Assembly: GCA_965202805.1 (NCBI GenBank) | Contig: OZ241869.1 | Coordinates: 2,144,001 to 2,208,000, forward strand | Length of the DNA: 64,000 bases | Direction: 5' to 3' | Source: Longimicrobiales bacterium | Lineage (GTDB): Bacteria; Gemmatimonadota; Gemmatimonadetes; Longimicrobiales; Gaopeijiaceae | Part shown: positions 1 through 9,360 of the stretch, piece after piece | How positions within the stretch are numbered: position 1 is the stretch's first letter | How the letters are laid out: each line of letters begins with the position of its first letter | Program-made: the position numbers and the translations under genes | Notes under the pieces: generated by a model | What the model saw: only the letters and a program-made list of their open reading frames with translations | Told to the model about the DNA's origin: nothing | Databases searched by the model: none

Positions 1-1
1 C

Positions 2-802
2 GACCAGCAGCTCGGCGATGCGCTCATCCGCGAGACCGAGCTGTTCTTCGACCATCTCTTCCAGGAAGACCGGCCCGTCACCGAGTTCATCACCGCGGAC
101 TACACCTTCGCGAACGAGCGCCTGGCCAACCACTACGGGATTCCCGGGGTGGTCGGCGAGGAATTCCGCAGGGTGCAATACCCGACGGAACGGCGCCGCG
201 GCGTCTTCGGCCACGGCAGCGTCCTCGCCCAGAGTTCGCTCGCCAACCGCACTTCCCCGGTTCTGCGCGGGAAGTGGGTCATGGAGGTCATCCTCGGCAC
301 ACCGCCGCCGCCGCCACCTCCCGGCATCCCCGACCTCGACGAGACCGAGGGTACGGAGGGCACGCGCATGCTGACGACGCGGGAGCGCATGGAGATCCAC
401 CGCGCCAACGTGGTCTGCAACGCCTGCCATCAGTTCATGGATCCGATCGGGCTGGCGCTCGACAACTTCGACGTCACGGGCCGCTGGCGCATTCGCGAGA
501 ACGGCATCGCGCTCGACACCCGGGGCCAGCTCTACGACGGCACCCCGCTCACCAGCCCCACCGACCTGCACGAGGCGATGCTGCGGTTGAAGACCCCGGT
601 GCTGCGCAACTTCACGGCGAACCTCATGGCCTACGCCCTGGGACGCCGCGTGGAATACTACGACATGCCCGCCGTGCGCCGGATCGTGCGGCGAGCCGAA
701 GAAAACGAATATCGTCCTTCCGAATTCGTCCTCGGCATCGTCGAGAGCGACGCCTTCCGCATGCGCAGGGCGGCGGAGCTGGCCACGGAAGCACAACGCT
801 GA
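2..802 (+). CDS. Cassette 1 gene A (5'-truncated by window edge): DUF1592/DUF1588/DUF1585-type protein with CxxCH
   Basis: Frame is open from base 2 (DQQLGDALIRETELFF...). Motifs RTSPVLRGKWV, TPPPPPPP, CNACH and DPIGLALDNFD match the C-terminal half of the four full-length paralogs. Confidence 0.9.
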   Translation, partial: DQQLGDALIRETELFFDHLFQEDRPVTEFITADYTFANERLANHYGIPGVVGEEFRRVQYPTERRRGVFGHGSVLAQSSLANRTSPVLRGKWVMEVILGTPPPPPPPGIPDLDETEGTEGTRMLTTRERMEIHRANVVCNACHQFMDPIGLALDNFDVTGRWRIRENGIALDTRGQLYDGTPLTSPTDLHEAMLRLKTPVLRNFTANLMAYALGRRVEYYDMPAVRRIVRRAEENEYRPSEFVLGIVESDAFRMRRAAELATEAQR

Positions 803-857
803 AGGCGGACAACGAGACAACAGGACAGGGCTACCCCGTCATCGACAGGAGCACGAC

Positions 858-2279
858 ATGAAGTTCATCACCGGAACCCACATCCCGCGGCGGACCTTTC
901 TCCGGGGCTCGGGGGTCGCGCTCGCGCTGCCCCTCCTGGACAGCATGATTCCCGCGCGCAGGCTGTGGGGCGATGTGGCCGCCGAAGTGCAGAAGCCGCG
1001 CCTCATCGCCATCGAGAACTCGCATGGAGCGGCGGGGAGCAACGAGTGGGGCGCGACCCAGAACCTGTGGGCTCCGGCGAAGCTGGGTCGCGGCTTCGAT
1101 CTGAGCCCGAGCGCGCTCCAGCCGCTGGAGGGCTTCCAGGATCGCCTGACCATCATCAGCAACACCGATGTGCGGCAGGCCGAGGCCTTCGCGCCCAAGG
1201 AGATCGGCGCCGACCACTTCCGCTCCAGCGCCACCTTCCTGACGCAGGCGCATCCGCGGCGGACCGAGGGCTCCGATGTCTACGTCGGCACCTCCATGGA
1301 CCAGCTCTTCGCCCAGCGCTTCGGCCAGGAGACCGCGATTCCCTCCATGCAGCTCTGCATCGAGAACGTGGACCAGTCGGGCGGCTGCTCGTACGGGTAC
1401 GCCTGCGCGTACACGGACTCCATCAGTTGGGCCTCCCCCACCGATCCGCTGCCCATGACCCGGGATCCGCGCGTCGCATTCGACCAGCTCTTCGGAGCCG
1501 GAGGCACGCCCGAGGAGCGGGCGCGCCGGCGCCGCACCCAGGCGAGCATCCTCGACTGGGTCACCGAGGAGGTCGCGCGGCTTCGCGCCGCCCTCCCGCC
1601 CGAGGACCGGATCCGCATGGAACACTACCTGGAGGACGTGCGCGAACTGGAGCGGCGCATCGAGCGCACCGAGGCCCGCAACACCAGCGGCTTCGAGCGC
1701 GAGCTGCCCGAGGCTCCGGTGGGCGTGCCCGACTCCTACACCGAGCATGTGCAGATGATGTTCGACCTGCAGGCGCTCGCCTTCCAGACCGACATGACCC
1801 GCGTCTTCTCGCTCAAGATGAGCCGCGACGTGTCCTCGCGCGTATTCCCGGAGAGCGGCTGCGAGGGCGGATTCCACCCGCAGTCGCACGCATCCGGCAA
1901 CGAAGGCGTGCTGGGCTTCTACCAGATCAACAAGTATCACGTGGGCCTGCTCCCCTATCTGCTCGAGAAGCTCGACAACACGGCAGAAGTGGACGGCACG
2001 CTGCTCGACAACACGATGGTCGTGTACGGATCGCCCATGGGTGACGGAAACCTGCACAACCACCGGCGCGTGCCCTTCATCGTGGTGGGCGGACAGGCCA
2101 TGGGACTCGAGGGCGGACTGCACGTCAAGGCTCCCGACGGCACCCCGCTGGCCAACGCCATGCTCACGCTGCTCCACAGGCTGGGGCTGGACAACCTGGA
2201 CAGCTTCGGCGACAGCACCGGCGAGATGCTGATGAGGCTTCCCGCCTCCTACGCCGACGACGCGACCTCGAGCCGCTAG
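858..2279 (+). CDS. Cassette 1 gene B: DUF1552 (HXXSHH) family protein with twin-arginine-like N-terminus
   Basis: AGGAG RBS; PRRTFLRG...ALPLLDSMIPA; QLCIE; GGCSYGYAC; HPQSHA (degenerate HxxSHH); NLHNHRR; FGDSTG. Confidence 0.88.
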   Translation: MKFITGTHIPRRTFLRGSGVALALPLLDSMIPARRLWGDVAAEVQKPRLIAIENSHGAAGSNEWGATQNLWAPAKLGRGFDLSPSALQPLEGFQDRLTIISNTDVRQAEAFAPKEIGADHFRSSATFLTQAHPRRTEGSDVYVGTSMDQLFAQRFGQETAIPSMQLCIENVDQSGGCSYGYACAYTDSISWASPTDPLPMTRDPRVAFDQLFGAGGTPEERARRRRTQASILDWVTEEVARLRAALPPEDRIRMEHYLEDVRELERRIERTEARNTSGFERELPEAPVGVPDSYTEHVQMMFDLQALAFQTDMTRVFSLKMSRDVSSRVFPESGCEGGFHPQSHASGNEGVLGFYQINKYHVGLLPYLLEKLDNTAEVDGTLLDNTMVVYGSPMGDGNLHNHRRVPFIVVGGQAMGLEGGLHVKAPDGTPLANAMLTLLHRLGLDNLDSFGDSTGEMLMRLPASYADDATSSR

Positions 2280-2361
2280 TCGGGAGGATGTGTTCGAGCG
2301 AGAATCGTCGCAGCCTGCCGGCGGTCACGGAACAGAGAGTGCGCGCACTGAAGGAGGGCCG

Positions 2362-4131
2362 ATGAAGGCCGCATGGAAGATCAACCTGGTGTGTCTGACG
2401 CTGCTCATCTCGGCAGCCGTCCCGCCGGATTCGCCGGTGGCCGACGCCGCCATGCGCGGCGACGCCGAAGAGGTGCACGCGCTGCTGCGCGCGGGGGCGG
2501 ACGTGAACGCGGCCCAGGGCGACGGCATGACCGCGCTGCACTGGGCGGCCGAGAACGGCCGGATCGAACTGGCCGAGGTGCTTGTGTTCGCGGGGGCGAG
2601 CCCGGAGGCCGCCACCCGGCTGGGCGGGTTTACGCCGCTCATGGTGGCCAGCCGCGCGGGTCACGCCGGCATCGTGCGCCTGCTGGCGGATGCGGGCGCC
2701 AACCTGGAGGCGACCACCGAGACCGGCGAGACCGCGCTCCACTACGCCGCCTGGTCGGGCAACCCGGAGATCGCGGTGGCGCTGGCGGAGAAGGGCGCCG
2801 AGGTCAACGCGCAGGAGTCCGCCAACGGGCAGACGCCGCTCATGTTCGCCGCCGCCTACGGCCGCACCGAGGTGGTGCGCACGCTGCTGGAGGCGGGCGC
2901 GGACCCCTCCATCCGGACCAACGTCATCGACTACCCGGCCATGGCCCGGGAGGACCGCGAGCTCATCAGGCAGCGTGACAGACGCCTCTCCGCGCTCTTC
3001 GGCGAGGACATCATCTCGGACACGCCCGTCGACGGAACTCGCCAGGACGATGACGAGGAGGAAGCCGAAGAGGAGGAAGAGGAACGGCCGGCCGGGAGAG
3101 CCGCCACCCGCGGACAGACCCGGGCGCCCATGTCCTACGACCAGCTGGTGGGCAGGCAGGGCGGCAATGCCGCGCTGCACTATGCCGCCCGCGAGGGCCA
3201 CCACGACGTCGTCAGGACTCTCCTGGAAGGCGGCGCCGACATCGACCAGGTGACCGGCGGCGACCTGAGTTCAGCCCTGCTCATGACGATCCTGAACGGG
3301 CACTTCGACCTCGCGATGTGGCTGCTCGAACAGGGCGCCGATCCCAACCTGCAGAGCGATCCGGGCGCCACGCCCCTCTACGCCGCGGTCCATCTGCAGT
3401 GGGTTCCCAAGTCGTTCTACCCGCAACCCACCGCGATCAAGCAGGAGAACACCACCTACCTCGAGCTCATGAAGGCGCTGCTCGACGCGGGGGCGGAGCC
3501 CAACGTGCGCCTGAAGCGCCACCTCTGGTACACGTCGTTCAACCACAACGTCCTGGGCGTCGATACGTGGGGCGCCACGCCCTTCTGGCGCGCGGCCTAC
3601 GGCACCGACGTGGACGCGATGCGGCTGCTGGTGGCGTATGGCGCCAACTACACCACCCCCACCTTCCGCCCGCCGGGACGTCCCTCGACCGGCAACGGCC
3701 GCGATGACGGCGAGAAGAAGCCGGATCCCTCGGGGCTGCCCGTGGTGCCGATCGGCGGCCCGGGCGTGCAGCCCATCCACGCGGCCTCCGGCGTCGGCTA
3801 TGGCCTCGGCCTGGCCGGGAATGCCCACCGCCACGCCCCGAACGGCTGGCTCCCCTCGGTGCGCTACCTGGTCGAGGAGCTGGGGGCCGACGTCAACGCG
3901 CGCGACTACAACGGCTTCTCGCCGCTGCACAACGCGGCGGCCCGCGGAGACCGCGAGCTGATCGAGTACCTGGTCGGCCGCGGCGCGGACGTCACCGTGC
4001 TCACGCGCAAGGGCGAGACGACCGCCGACATGGCGAACGGTCCGGTGCAGCGCGTCACCGTCTTCCCGGAGATCGTGGCGCTGCTGGAGAGGCTGGGCTC
4101 GAAGAACAACGACAACTGCGTGTCCTGCTGA
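2362..4131 (+). CDS. Cassette 1 gene C: secreted ankyrin-repeat protein with terminal CxxC
   Basis: AAGGAGG RBS before ATG 2362; hydrophobic signal followed by DSPVADAAMRGD; multiple G-x-T-[AP]-L-[HM]-x-A-A ankyrin repeats; ends NNDNCVSC. Confidence 0.9.
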   Translation: MKAAWKINLVCLTLLISAAVPPDSPVADAAMRGDAEEVHALLRAGADVNAAQGDGMTALHWAAENGRIELAEVLVFAGASPEAATRLGGFTPLMVASRAGHAGIVRLLADAGANLEATTETGETALHYAAWSGNPEIAVALAEKGAEVNAQESANGQTPLMFAAAYGRTEVVRTLLEAGADPSIRTNVIDYPAMAREDRELIRQRDRRLSALFGEDIISDTPVDGTRQDDDEEEAEEEEEERPAGRAATRGQTRAPMSYDQLVGRQGGNAALHYAAREGHHDVVRTLLEGGADIDQVTGGDLSSALLMTILNGHFDLAMWLLEQGADPNLQSDPGATPLYAAVHLQWVPKSFYPQPTAIKQENTTYLELMKALLDAGAEPNVRLKRHLWYTSFNHNVLGVDTWGATPFWRAAYGTDVDAMRLLVAYGANYTTPTFRPPGRPSTGNGRDDGEKKPDPSGLPVVPIGGPGVQPIHAASGVGYGLGLAGNAHRHAPNGWLPSVRYLVEELGADVNARDYNGFSPLHNAAARGDRELIEYLVGRGADVTVLTRKGETTADMANGPVQRVTVFPEIVALLERLGSKNNDNCVSC

Positions 4132-4159
4132 CGGACCGGAGGTTCTTCCAGGAGGACGG

Positions 4160-6199
4160 TTGTCCGCAAAAACCATGAAGGTCTTCGCCGGCGCCGCGGT
4201 CGTACTGGTCGCGGCGCTGGTGGTTTTCCACGGTCCGACGCGCGCAACCTCGCCGCAGGTCCGCAACGGTCTCCCGATCGACGCGCTGGCCGAGACGGTC
4301 TGGATCGAGGAGTTCGACATCTCGCCCGACGGCGGCCTTCTCGTCTTCAAGTCCGCTGCGGGCGGCTCCTACGACCTCTGGACCGTGCCCACGGCGGGAG
4401 GCGAGCCCACCCGCATCACGACGATGGCGGGCCGGGAGATGTCGCCGCGCTTCAGCCCCGACGGGCGCTGGATCGCCTTCGAGGCCGACTTCGGCGGAAC
4501 CGACGTGCGCGACATCTACGTGGTGCCCTCGGGCGGCGGGGAGTCCAGGCGCCTCACCGATCACCCGCTGAACGAGTCCGGCATCTCGTGGGCGCCCGAC
4601 AGCCGCCGGATCTACTTCAACACCAGCATGTACTGGGACAACTCGGTGGCGGCGGTGGACATCGCGACCGGCGAGATCGAGCGGGTCGGGCCCGGGGGCA
4701 GCGGTCAGCTGTCCGCCGACGGCGCGATGTTCGCCTTCACCCGCAATACCCGTCCGCAGGACGACGCCCAGAGCAACCAGGACATCTGGGTGATGCCCGC
4801 AGCGGGCGGGGACGCGCGCGCCCTCACCCCCAACACCTTCGACTGGCGCGACACCGAGCCGCGCTGGTCCCCGGACGGCACCCGCCTGGCCTTCGTCTCC
4901 GACCGCAACGGCTTCAACAACCTGGGCGTGCTGGACGTGGCCACCGGCGACGCCACCATGCTTCTCACCGAGGATGTCGAGCACAGCGAGCCGCGCTGGT
5001 CCCCGGACGGCCGCTGGATCTCCTTCACACGCAACCTGGACTACGACTACCACATCTTCCGCATCCCCGCCGAGGGCGGCGAGCCGGAACAGCTCACCCA
5101 CGCCACCGGCGTCAACGGCGGGTCGCGGGCGACCGGCCAAACCCGCGGCGGACATCTGTGGCACCCGGACGGCGAGCACATCGTCTACACGCACTCGGGG
5201 CCTTCGCGGACGGGCGACCTCCGGATCCTCCCGGTCGACGGGGGCGAGCCGCGCCGGATCACGGACCACCAGCACCCCGCCCTTGCCGACCCCGACCTGT
5301 TCGTCGAGCCGGAGTTCATCGAGTACACCAGCTTCGACGGTCTCGAGGTCGCGGGACTCGTCTACAAACCGAAGGGCGCCAGCGCCGGCGACCGCCTCCC
5401 GGGACTCTTCTTCTTTCGCGCCAACTCCAACGGGCAGCATCCGAAGCAGTGGCATCCGTACATCCAGTACTTCCTAAGCCGCGGCTACCTGGTCTTCGCG
5501 CCCAACTTCCGCGGCAGCACCGGAAGGGGAAAGGCGTACCGGCAGGCCGTGCACACCCACGGGGGCGACCACGACCTGCGCGACGCCTTCATCGGCATGG
5601 ATCTGCTCGCCGGCCAGGGCTGGGTGGACCCCGGGCGGGTGGGCGCCTTCGGAGGCTCCACCGGCGGCTTCTACACCACCACCGCGGTCACCAAGGATCC
5701 CGGCCGCTTCCGTGCGGGCATCGTCTGGTACGGCTCGACCGACCTCGTCACGCTGTCGACCTACGGCGGCATGGAGGGCTGGAACCGGTTCCTGATCGGC
5801 CGCACCCCCATGGAGAACCCGCGCAACTACTACGAGCGCTCCATCATCTACCACGCCGACGAAATCGATGTCCCCCTCCTCTTTCTGTACGCGCAGGGGG
5901 ACGGGGCGGCGCGCTTCCAGCAGATCGAGCAGTACGGCATCCAGGCCGAGATCCACGGCAACTGGTACGACTGGGTCGTCTACGGCGGCGAGCCGCACGG
6001 CTGGTATCACTGGGGCCCCTCGAGCGTCAGACGGTCGCTCGAGATCATGAGCGCGATGTTCGACACCTTCATCCTCGGTGACGAACACGACGTGCACGCG
6101 ATGGCGGAGGAACAGCGCGAGGGCATCCGCATCCAGCGCAACCCGACCATCGAATTGTGGAACTCGCTGGTCAACGGTCGCCCCCCGGAAGGGGACTGA
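4160..6199 (+). CDS. S9 (prolyl oligopeptidase/DPP-like) peptidase with TolB/PD40 beta-propeller
   Basis: GGAGG RBS before TTG (alternative ATG at 4175); signal peptide; repeated P-x-[WF]-S-P-D-G; PNFRGSTGRG; nucleophile GGSTGG; Asp in AQGD; His in GEPHG. Confidence 0.88.
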   Translation: MSAKTMKVFAGAAVVLVAALVVFHGPTRATSPQVRNGLPIDALAETVWIEEFDISPDGGLLVFKSAAGGSYDLWTVPTAGGEPTRITTMAGREMSPRFSPDGRWIAFEADFGGTDVRDIYVVPSGGGESRRLTDHPLNESGISWAPDSRRIYFNTSMYWDNSVAAVDIATGEIERVGPGGSGQLSADGAMFAFTRNTRPQDDAQSNQDIWVMPAAGGDARALTPNTFDWRDTEPRWSPDGTRLAFVSDRNGFNNLGVLDVATGDATMLLTEDVEHSEPRWSPDGRWISFTRNLDYDYHIFRIPAEGGEPEQLTHATGVNGGSRATGQTRGGHLWHPDGEHIVYTHSGPSRTGDLRILPVDGGEPRRITDHQHPALADPDLFVEPEFIEYTSFDGLEVAGLVYKPKGASAGDRLPGLFFFRANSNGQHPKQWHPYIQYFLSRGYLVFAPNFRGSTGRGKAYRQAVHTHGGDHDLRDAFIGMDLLAGQGWVDPGRVGAFGGSTGGFYTTTAVTKDPGRFRAGIVWYGSTDLVTLSTYGGMEGWNRFLIGRTPMENPRNYYERSIIYHADEIDVPLLFLYAQGDGAARFQQIEQYGIQAEIHGNWYDWVVYGGEPHGWYHWGPSSVRRSLEIMSAMFDTFILGDEHDVHAMAEEQREGIRIQRNPTIELWNSLVNGRPPEGD

Positions 6200-6385
6200 G
6201 GTCCAGCGGGCGGCACGCCGTGAATCCATCGGGTAGCCAACCCTCGTACATGATCCACGCACGGTTTCGCTTGATCCCACCGTGTCCCGGACCTATTGTG
6301 GGCGTTGCTCCGCAAACCGGGTGAACGAAGTTCTTCCGGGCCGGAAGACAGTTCTTTTCCTTCTGATCGCAGCAGAGGAGGCCAG

Positions 6386-9304
6386 ATGGTGCATCCAACG
6401 TCGGACCACACACATCCCGGGGCCGGCAACGCCCGGCTGAGGAGGGCGGGCCTGACCGCCGCAGCGGTACTTCCGCTGGCTCTGGCGTTCGCCTTCGGCA
6501 CGCCCGGCGCCGTGGAGGCCCAGGACAGCGGCCAGGTCATCGGTCAGGTGACCGACCAGGCGACCGGACGCCCCCTGGTCCAGGTGCAGGTGTACCTCGC
6601 GGGCACCGGCCTGGGCACCCTGACCCGCGGCGACGGCCGCTTCCTGATCCTGAACGTGCCCACGGGCAACTACACGCTTACCGCGGAGCGCATCGGCATG
6701 CGCACCGCGACCGCACAGATCTCGGTCCAGGCAGGCCAGTCGACCACGGCCGATCTCGCGCTCGAGGAGGAAGCCCTCGGGCTGGACGAGATCGTGGTCA
6801 CCGGCACCGCCGGCCAGGCGCGCCGCCGCGAGGTGGGCTCGTCCATCGCCCAGGTGGACGTCGCGACCCTCCCCGACCCGGTCCCGGCGGTCGACCAGCT
6901 GCTGTCGGCGCGCGCACCCGGCGTGGTCGCGGTACGCACCTCCGGCATGTCCGGCTCCGGCTCGCAGATCCGTCTGCGCGGCAACGTGAGCGTCGCCATG
7001 TCCAACCAGCCGCTCGTGTACGTGGACGGGGTGCGCATCCGCAGCGATGGCCTGGCGCTGAACCACGCGGTCGGCCAGCACGTCGCCTTCGGGCCCAAGG
7101 ACGTCATGGGCCCCCTCAACGACATCAACCCCAGCGACATCGAGCGCATCGAGATCGTGAAGGGACCGGCCGCGACCGCCCTCTATGGAACGGAGGCGGC
7201 CGGCGGGGTCATCCAGATCTTCACCAAGCGCGGATCCGGGGGAGAAGCGCAGTGGTCCGCCCAGATCGACCAGGGCGTCAACTGGGTGCAGGAATTCGGC
7301 CCGCCCAACGCCCCCTACATGCGCCTCGATCCCTGGCTGCGCAACGGGCACCAGCAGCGCTACACCATGTCGGTCCGCGGAGGCAGCGACATCGTCTCCT
7401 ACTACGTCTCGGGGAGCCTCGACAACAACGAGGGCATCCTGCCGAATGACGCCGACCAGAAGTACCTGGGGCGCATCAACCTCGGGTTCCAGCCCCGCAG
7501 CGACCTCGACATCCAGGTCAACACCTCGATCACGCGCCAGCACGTCGAGAACTCGCCCAGCGGCTCGAGCCCGTACAGCATCTCGCACAACGGCTACAAG
7601 AGGGCGCCCCAGCGCCAGGCCCACGCCACCTACGTGCGCACATGGGAGGAGGATGTCATCACCCGCCTCCTCGACTACCAGATCGACACCGACGTGGACC
7701 GCGTGGTCGCCGGCATCACCACCACCTACACGCCGATGCCGCGCTTCACCAACCGTCTTACGCTGGGCCTCGACCGGCTCGCGAGCGACATGCGCAACAT
7801 CCGGCCCTTCGGCTACGTCAACGACCCCAACGGTTCCGTCTCCGACCGCACCTGGACGGCCGAGCAGCTCACGGCCGACTACGTGGGCAGCTTCGACCTG
7901 CGGCTCACCGAGAGCTTCCGCACCAGCCTCTCGTGGGGCGGGCAGTCGGTGGTGGCGCGCGACACCGACCTGGGGGCCAGCACCAACGCGCTCCCGGGAC
8001 CCGGCGAGCACACCGTCACGAGCGGCGCGTCCTATCAGGCCCGGGAGGCCCGCTCGCGCGTCGTGAACGCGGGCATCTTCGGTCAGACGCTGCTCGACTT
8101 CAGCGATCGCTACTTCCTGACCCTGGCGCTGCGCATCGACGGCAACAGCGCCTTCGGCAGCGACTTCGGACTTCAGCCCTACCCGCGCGCCACCTTCTCG
8201 TGGGTGATGTCCGACGAGAGCTTCTGGCCGCAGGACATGGGCGAGATGAAGGTCCGCGTGGCCTGGGGGCACGCCGGCAGGGCTCCGGGCGCGTTCGACG
8301 CGGTCCGGACCTGGCAGGCCATCCCATGGCTGGGTCAGACCTCCTTCAACCCGCTCAACGTCGGAAACGAGAACCTCGGTCCCGAGCGTACCATCGAACT
8401 CGAGGCGGGCTTCGACGGCGTCTTCTACGACGACCGCCTCAGGGTCGGGTTCACCTACTACAATCAGGAGACGCGCGACGCGCTCATCCCGGTGCAGCTG
8501 GTGCCCAGCCTGGGCTTCACGGGCTCGCAGCTGCGCAACGTGGGCGTGCTGTCCAACAAGGGTCTCGAGCTCAGCCTCGACGGCACCGTGGTGCAGAGCC
8601 GCGCGCTCAGCTGGGACATGGGGCTCACCGTCTACACCAACAAGAGCCAGGCCGTGGATCTCGGGGGCAACGCCGGATTCGGCGTCAGCGGCGGGGGATG
8701 GCTGGAGGAGGGTCAGCCGGTTCCGGCGGTCCGCTTCGACCGGCTCATGAACTCCGACGACATCGCGGAGCCGGTGGTTGAGCGCAACCACATTTGGGGC
8801 CCGAACCAGCCGACGCTGACGGTCACGCCCAGCACTTCCGTGACGCTGGGCAGCGGCATCGTCGTGTCGGCGCGCGGCGAGTACATGGGCGGACACTACA
8901 TCTACGACCGCCAGAGCACCACCTCGGCCCAGCGCGGCCAGGTCAGCCCGCTCTGCGACGACGCCGTTCCGGCCCTGCAGGCCGGCCAGCGCAGCCAGCT
9001 GACGGCCTTCGACATCTTCACCTGCAGCGGTGAGTTCAGCGCGCGCCTCGTCTATCCCAACGACTTCTTCCGCGTGCGCGACCTGACCGTGCTGACGCCC
9101 TTGCCCTTCGCCGTCCCCGGAGCAAGCACCGCCACCCTTACGCTCTCCGTCCAGAACTTCTGGACGTGGAAGAACGCGGATTTCCTCGCCATGGACCCGG
9201 AGATGGCCGGCAACGAGGGGATGAGTTCCGGGATCACGCGCTCGATCTGGGAGCATCCGCCGCCACCGGCGAGCTTCATCGCTTCCCTCAGGATGACCTT
9301 CTGA
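6386..9304 (+). CDS. SusC/RagA-like TonB-dependent outer-membrane transporter
   Basis: GAGGAGG RBS; N-terminal carboxypeptidase-regulatory-like domain; LDEIVVTG; plug motif LNDINPSDIERIEIVKGPAATALYGTEAAGGVIQIFTK; C-terminal Phe. Confidence 0.9.
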   Translation: MVHPTSDHTHPGAGNARLRRAGLTAAAVLPLALAFAFGTPGAVEAQDSGQVIGQVTDQATGRPLVQVQVYLAGTGLGTLTRGDGRFLILNVPTGNYTLTAERIGMRTATAQISVQAGQSTTADLALEEEALGLDEIVVTGTAGQARRREVGSSIAQVDVATLPDPVPAVDQLLSARAPGVVAVRTSGMSGSGSQIRLRGNVSVAMSNQPLVYVDGVRIRSDGLALNHAVGQHVAFGPKDVMGPLNDINPSDIERIEIVKGPAATALYGTEAAGGVIQIFTKRGSGGEAQWSAQIDQGVNWVQEFGPPNAPYMRLDPWLRNGHQQRYTMSVRGGSDIVSYYVSGSLDNNEGILPNDADQKYLGRINLGFQPRSDLDIQVNTSITRQHVENSPSGSSPYSISHNGYKRAPQRQAHATYVRTWEEDVITRLLDYQIDTDVDRVVAGITTTYTPMPRFTNRLTLGLDRLASDMRNIRPFGYVNDPNGSVSDRTWTAEQLTADYVGSFDLRLTESFRTSLSWGGQSVVARDTDLGASTNALPGPGEHTVTSGASYQAREARSRVVNAGIFGQTLLDFSDRYFLTLALRIDGNSAFGSDFGLQPYPRATFSWVMSDESFWPQDMGEMKVRVAWGHAGRAPGAFDAVRTWQAIPWLGQTSFNPLNVGNENLGPERTIELEAGFDGVFYDDRLRVGFTYYNQETRDALIPVQLVPSLGFTGSQLRNVGVLSNKGLELSLDGTVVQSRALSWDMGLTVYTNKSQAVDLGGNAGFGVSGGGWLEEGQPVPAVRFDRLMNSDDIAEPVVERNHIWGPNQPTLTVTPSTSVTLGSGIVVSARGEYMGGHYIYDRQSTTSAQRGQVSPLCDDAVPALQAGQRSQLTAFDIFTCSGEFSARLVYPNDFFRVRDLTVLTPLPFAVPGASTATLTLSVQNFWTWKNADFLAMDPEMAGNEGMSSGITRSIWEHPPPPASFIASLRMTF

Positions 9305-9360
9305 TGCGGCCGGCGAACGGGGGGAAGATCATGAACGCGATTACGAGGGAGGCGTCAGAC

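Noticed and set aside
4126..4131. Selenocysteine or readthrough at the TGC-TGA ends of the ankyrin genes (CxxC-U)
   Set aside because: Copy 3 ends in TAG, and sequences after the stop are not conserved among copies. TGA is simply the common stop codon at high GC.
6293..9256. Long antisense or alternative-frame ORFs (e.g. 6293-9256 -, 14309-16636 -, 31076-33370 +, 55125-57950 -)
   Set aside because: These are shadow ORFs caused by high-GC codon bias. They overlap well-supported genes and have no recognisable motifs.
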